A program made the position numbers and the translations under genes. A stretch of DNA of 64,000 nucleotides, from positions 27,962,001 through 28,026,000 of the forward strand of contig OZ024757.1 of the NCBI GenBank assembly GCA_964016885.1. The letters are read 5' to 3'. Each line of letters opens with the position of its first letter. The first letter of the stretch is position 1. The notes beneath the pieces are model-generated. The model had not been told where the DNA came from. It saw only the letters and a list, made by a program, of their open reading frames with translations, and ran no database searches. This document shows positions 1 through 64,000 of the stretch, in pieces. Source of the DNA: Eledone cirrhosa. Its lineage: Eukaryota.

Positions 1-88
1 ATATTCAATAATATTTCCTAAACACTTTTGGTAACCACCCAGCCATTTTATAAAACAAAACCACTCATTTTAAAGGGTCCCTATTTAA

Positions 89-288
89 CCCTTTAGCATT
101 TAAAGTGGCCTTATCCGATCAGGATTCTCTCACCTCTTTCTGTTCAAACTAACTGTAACCAGCTGCTCATACTGATGTTAAGGTATTGTTCTTGAAATAA
201 ATAATATCAAAATCTCATAGATTCGATATTATGTGAAATAAAATCTTTACCATGAAAGTAAATATAGAGTAATGTAAATGTTAAAGGG
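89..288 (+). mobile_element. piggyBac-type MITE (TTAA target, CCCTTTAGCATTTA terminal inverted repeats)
   Basis: TTAA|CCCTTTAGCATTTA...TAAATGTTAAAGGG|TTAA; about 9 copies in the window. Confidence 0.8.
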
Positions 289-641
289 TTAACTCTTTTG
301 ATATCAACCCTGCCAAAACTGGCTCTGGTCCTATGAAACAAAACCACTCATTTTCAAAGGGTTCCTATTTATATCAAAATCCTTCAACATAATTTATATA
401 AGAATCACATATTAAGATACTATGTTAGAAATGAAATAATTTATAATTTTAATAAATCCTTCAAAATTATTCATTAATTAATTGGAATAGAGTGTATTTC
501 ATTAGAAATACAGTTACAAAGGGATAACCAACATCACCACCAACAACAACATTAACAGCAACACCACAACCACAACAACATGTTTGCAATAAACTTATTT
601 TCTTTGTCTTAGAATTGCTCTCTTGATTCCTGTCTTTGCAG

Positions 642-25574
<24,933 letters not shown>

Positions 25575-25675
25575 ACATTATAACAACATTTTATAATATA
25601 ATAAAATTGTAAACTTAACGTTTTTCTAAACATTAAATATCTTGTTGTCGACAGAATCTTGTTTATTTATGCTAG

Positions 25676-25681
25676 AATAAA
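25676..25681 (+). terminator. Candidate polyadenylation signal AATAAA of the + strand gene
   Basis: AATAAA about 100 nt after the stop, followed by a T-rich tract; weak evidence in AT-rich DNA. Confidence 0.4.
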
Positions 25682-25786
25682 TATTTTTTTCCTCTATAAT
25701 ATTTTTATAAACTATTTTTCTCATTAGATTTTCGATTTACTACAACAACTACAAACACACACACACATATATATATATATATACAC

Positions 25787-25833
<47 letters not shown>

Positions 25834-25926
25834 TATATATGTATATATGTGTATATATATATGTATGTATACATATATATGTATATATATATGTATATAA
25901 ATATATATGTATATATATATATACAC

Positions 25927-25994
<68 letters not shown>

Positions 25995-27385
25995 CCACAC
26001 AAACATATATATTTATACAGTAAAACCTCAATTCACAAACGTCTTTCATCAGTAACTAATCGGTTCATGAACAATTTTTCCTTTCCAGAATAAAATGTCT
26101 TGGGTGACAAACAGTTGGGAATTTGGAGCTGTTCAATAGATATGAAGTTTATCTGTATAACGGTGGTCACAGTAATTCAAATCTATTCCTAAACACTGGT
26201 GCTTTGTTGATTGTTATCTTTGTAAAGCTAATTGTCTCTTAATATGCTTTGAAAGTGATGTGTTGTTTTGGATGAATGAACTGTAATTTTGGATGAATGT
26301 TTTCTGAGTACAATAAAGCTTGCCCAAATATTAGTAGGAGAAACATCAGCCCAGTATATAATGTATTTCCCTAGACAACTGTTCTTTAGAAAACAGAGCT
26401 CTATATTTCAGCAATTGAATATTGGCTGCTGTAAGGGCCAACTTTTAGACATTATACGTAAACTAAAATCAAATCAAAAGCTTACAAATACTTTAATAAT
26501 AATAATTGTTTCTACTTTTGGCACAAGGCCAGCAATTATCCTAGTGTATTACTGGTACTTTATTTTATCGACCCCGTAAGGATGAAAGGCAAAGTTAACC
26601 TCGGAGGGATTTGAACTCAGACCATAAAGGGCCGCAACTCTTTGCTGCAAAGCATGGCGCCCGACCCTCTACCGATACTGCCAATCCACCGCAGTACATA
26701 GAATAATACGCAAATGTTAGGAAAGTGAACAGTGTATGAGTCATGATAGACACACAGATATATGCGTGTGTGTGTATGGAGGAGGAATATCAGGTGTAGT
26801 GTTGGAAAATTTCAGGAATCATGGAAGTTTTTAAGAAATCAAATAGCATGCCATCCTACATCCATACACAATGTAACCATCCACAGAATTCCATTAACAT
26901 GTAGCCATAAGCATCAGCAACTATAGAAGCATATCAAGGAAAAAAAATATTTTGCAACAGTGGTTTTTACACCAACATTTTATGGTCGGTTATACCATGT
27001 AAGAACTCTTCTTATTTGTAAGGTAGTTTTTTTTGTTCATGTTTGGGAGAAATTAATTCTTTTTTGATATCAACTACAGTTAGTGATTTGCTGTAGTATT
27101 CTGCTGTTCTGCTAAAGGGGCTTCTCTAGAAAACAATGTTTTACTCTCTTGCTGATGTTGTGTTGTGAGCTAACCCAACAAATTAATATTGATTCCGGGA
27201 TGAAGGTATTTCATTTCACATGTATACTGTTAACAACTCTGCACAAAAAGACATCAACACTAACCAATTTCATCATTTCTCACCATTATTATAAATATAT
27301 GAAACTTTGGCACAAGTAAAAACACGTTAATATTAAAATTATTCTTTTATTTTCATTAAGGGTATAAACATTCAAAGTATTTCCA

Positions 27386-27447
<62 letters not shown>

Positions 27448-27649
27448 ATATATACATTAAATATATATAAATACATATGTAATCTATATATATATACATA
27501 CATATAATATATATATATTTATATTTATAATTTCAATTTTTATTTTCATTACATAACATAGAAAACAAAATATAAAACTAACAAAATAATGTTACTTCTT
27601 GTTTTTTTTTAAAAAAGAAGAGATATCCACACATAAATGTGTCCCCTTC

Positions 27650-60119
<32,470 letters not shown>

Positions 60120-60817
60120 CTAATCAAAATAAACATCGAAGAAATGGCAATTTCAGTCAAGAATTTTAATCATTACAAAAATAGTGTTTTCTGTTATTTT
60201 CTGCCACTTGCCTGCTTACTGTTCCCACAAAATAACAATAACAAATAATAAATAATAATAATAATGAGAATGACAACAAGGGTAAGGACAATAACAACAA
60301 GAACAACAACATTTAAACATCCAGTGTACTTATAATATACAGGCATATTTACATAGGTTCATATAAACATAGCTTCATGTATATATGTGAATACATACAT
60401 ATTATATATATACATACACACATATACAAACACATGCATATATATAAATATACTCATGCATATATATAAATATATACACATACACACAAACACACACACA
60501 CACATATGTATATATACACACACACATATATATACACACACACATAAATATATATACACACAGAGAGAGGCATACATACATGTGTGTGTATGAATGAGTA
60601 TGTGTGAATGTACACGTACATTATCAACAGCGATAATCTTACAGTGATATAATTACAACTATTCTAAGAGTGTCATATTTTGCTTTAAAAAGAAAAAAAA
60701 TGTCACAGAAAGAATTCTTAGAATGGTGAAATAAAATCTATTTGGATTCTTAAGTTCTACAAACAAGAAACAGTTTTCTAATACCAGGTCTTATGTCTTA
60801 TTTCTCTCTCAGTTTAA

Positions 60818-61047
60818 CCCTTTAGCATTTAAACCAGCCCTAACTGGCCAGAATTTTCTCACCTCTTTCTGTTCAAACTGGCCATAACCGGCTGCTCATA
60901 CTGATGTTAAGGTATTGTTCTCAAAATACATAATATCAAAATCTCATAGATTCGATATTATGTGAGATAATTATGTGAGATAAAGCCTTTATTGTATTTA
61001 CCGTGAAAATACAATAGTAAATATAGAGTAATGTGAATGTTAAAGGG
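60818..61047 (+). mobile_element. piggyBac-type MITE copy
   Basis: TIRs present, TTAA on both sides. Confidence 0.8.
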
Positions 61048-62354
61048 TTAACAAAGATTTCTTCAAACAAATTTTAATGGAAGTTTTTGATATAGATATA
61101 TTTTGTAATGGGGGAGTTTTGTATTGTAACACTAGGTAAGTTTCAGGTTGTTTACTAACAATAGGATTAATTATTTACTTCCTTCTACTTTAATTAGTGC
61201 TAGAACTAATTAAATAGTGGTCACACTAATTAAATTCATGCTAACACTAATCAGAATCAAGGAATATAAAACGACCCAGATACAATATGTTTATGTATAA
61301 TAAACTACATTTAGTCTCACTGTGATTATTTTATGTTGTGATCATATGACAGTTACCTCCACATCTGTGCAAGAGTGCTGTATACATGTATTTCAGAAGT
61401 TTTTCAAATCCATTATCACCAACATTTACTTACTACAAGATATTGAGAAATAATATCTTCTTATAGATTTTGTAAAGAAACTGATGTTGTTGCGAGCTTA
61501 TTTATATATAGCGCAAACTTGGCTGGCTGGTATTAATCAGCACTGGCACTAATACAGTGTGATTATTAATAAAGTTGTTTATGAAACCTTATGAAATATG
61601 TTTATGTGTAACAAATACTCATGATTGTTCTACCTAATCAGGTTAGGCTTTATAAACATTTTAGAACTCGATGTAGTGTTGATATAATTATCTTATTGAA
61701 GCAAAGTGAAATATGTTTTAGTAGAAAGACGATATTCTTGAACATCATTCTCCTCCCCACCCCAAATTTTTTTACAATGAATTACCTCCTTCAGGGCCCG
61801 AGTAAGAGGCCTCAAAACTTAACTAGCACAGGGCCTCATTTGTTCTAAATCCGGCACTGCCTGTCTGCCTTCATTCACGAAACAGCGGTAAAACACTCCC
61901 TTCTTCTCCTACTCCTAGATAAACATCTTAGGTAAAGAAGTCATTTGATTTGATCACATATTTGTGCCTTGCCATCAATTCCTCTGCTATTTAAGACTTA
62001 TTTAAATTTTCTTTCTAGCAATGAAAGCAAAAGAGGAATTTTCATTGTTATTCTCTCTCTATAAGAATTTAGACTTATGCTGTTTATGTGCAATATGGCA
62101 TGAGGGTTCTTTTTATAGGGCATTATATTGTTTTTTGTTGTTTTTTTTTGTAATTCTAGGGGTGTGTGCTGTTTTAGGAAACATGCTTAAGATGCACGAC
62201 GCCAGAAAAAAATATTTGTTTTGCAAATTCAAGTCACTCATGCAAAAATTATCCTTTCAATTTAACATGTAATGTGATAAATTTTTCAAAGTACCTCATA
62301 AATAAAGTGTACCATGTCTTGCCAAAGCAAAAAACAACAACAATAATAATAATG

Positions 62355-63512
62355 AGGTTTCTAATTTAGACATAAGGCAAGAAATTTATTGGGAGCAGAC
62401 GGTTATATTGACGCCAGTATTTGACTGATACTTTATTTTAACAAACTCAGAGGAGGAATGAAAGGCAAAGTTGACTTTGGCAGGATTTGAACTCAGGGTG
62501 TAAAGAACTGGAACAAATACTGCAAAGAATTTTGTTCAATGCTCAAACAATTCTGCCAATCCACTGCCCTAATAATAATAATAATAATGGTTTCTGATTT
62601 AGGCACAAGCCCAGCAATTTTGGGAGAGGGGAAAGTCGATTAAATTGCCCCCAGTGAATTACTGGTACTTTATTTTATCAACCTCGTAAGGATGAAAGGC
62701 AAAGCTAATCTCAGCAGGATTTAAACATCGCAAAGGGGCGTAACCCTATGCCACAAAGCAAGTTGTCCGACGCTCTACCGATTCTGCCAATCCACTGCCC
62801 TAATATTCACTTCTACTTTAGGTGCAAGGCCAGCAATTTAAAGGAGAAGGGAATGTTGATTAAATCGACCCCAATGCATTACTGGTGCTTTATTTTATCG
62901 ACCCCCATAAGGATGAAAGGCAAAGTTAACATTGGCGGTATTTGAACTCAGATCATAAAGGGCCGTAACTCTATGCTGCAAAGCATGGTGTGCAACCCTC
63001 AACTGATACTGCCAATCCACCAATAATGGCTTCTCATTTAGGCACAAGGCCAACAATTTTGGGGGAAGGGAAAATCGATGAAATCGACCCCAGTGCATGA
63101 CTGGCGGTACTTTATTTTATCGACCCCTTAACGATGATAATAATAATAATTGTTTCTATTTTTGGCACAAGGCCAACAATTACCCCAGTACATTACTGGT
63201 ACTTTATTTTATCGACTCCGTAAGGATGAAAGGCAAAGTTAACCTCAGCGGGATTTGAACTCAGAACGTAAAAGGTCATTACTCTGTGCTGCAAAGCATG
63301 GTGTTCGCCCCTCTACCGATACTGTCAATCCAATAATAATCTACTTTTGGCACAAGGCCAGCAATTACCGCAGTGCATTACTGGTACTTTATTTTATCAA
63401 TCCTGTAAGGATGAAAGCAAAGTTAACCTCGGCGGATTTGAACCCAGAACGTAAAGGGCCATGACTCTGTGCTGCAAAGCCTGGTATCTGACACTCTACC
63501 GATACTGCCAAG
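62355..63512 (-). mobile_element. Head-to-tail cluster of about 6-7 SINE copies
   Basis: Repeated ~180-230 bp units of the second SINE family, some separated by (TAA)n. Confidence 0.8.
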
Positions 63513-63570
63513 GAGGAGGAGGTAACACTTCTTGCAGTAGTATATAGTGTGCTTCCTTATGGACTTAGAT

Positions 63571-63630
<60 letters not shown>

Positions 63631-64000
63631 TATAAGGAGGGGTATAGGTGGTATTTGACTGGCAGTGTTGGGGGGGGGGTGTAGCAGGTGGTGAGTGCAT
63701 AGTGGGTATATGGGCTGATGGGATACAAGGGGTGGTCATATGTGTAACATAAAGGGTGGTTGTGTGTGTGTGTGTGATGTATAAGAGGTGGTGTGTGGTG
63801 TGAGAGGTGCATGGCTGGGGTGTAAGGAGAGGTGGTGTGGGGGTGTGTGAATTATTTTGGCATATTTATAGAATTAAAAACAAATTGCTGTGGTTTGTGG
63901 AGATGAGTGTGTTGACAGGCTGGCGTGGGAGGTGAGGGTAGCCTCGTTATATAATTAAAATAATTGATTTAATTATTTAATTAAAACATCAAATTAATCA

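Noticed and set aside
60120-64000. Expected WAP-domain or signal-peptide exons of the lev-9-like gene
   Set aside because: No cysteine-pattern exon found by eye; probably beyond the window.

Overview
AT-rich, microsatellite- and SINE-dense eukaryotic genomic DNA whose repeat content looks like a cephalopod (Octopus-type) genome; the species is inferred. Almost all entries in the ORF track are translations of (TA)n, (CA)n, (CAT)n and similar repeats. The real coding content is two convergent, tail-to-tail, multi-exon genes built from sushi/CCP exons, nearly all phase 1-1. The + strand gene (642..25574) shows 10 CCP exons plus a terminal Ig-domain exon and resembles the C-terminal half of LEV-9/Hasp/Hikaru genki-family synaptic scaffold proteins. 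The - strand gene (60119..27650) shows 9 CCP domains in 10 exons and resembles the N-terminal CCP series of LEV-9/Hasp. Neither 5' end is visible. Notable oddities: an in-frame TGA in an otherwise perfect CCP exon; a pair of ~575-bp inverted RTE-derived repeats in the two last introns that bracket both terminal exons; a possible internal start exon; several Penelope-type hammerhead ribozymes; and fold-back hairpin elements. Introns also hold piggyBac-type, hAT and Tc1/pogo MITEs, two SINE families, and RTE, R4/Dong and Penelope fragments.
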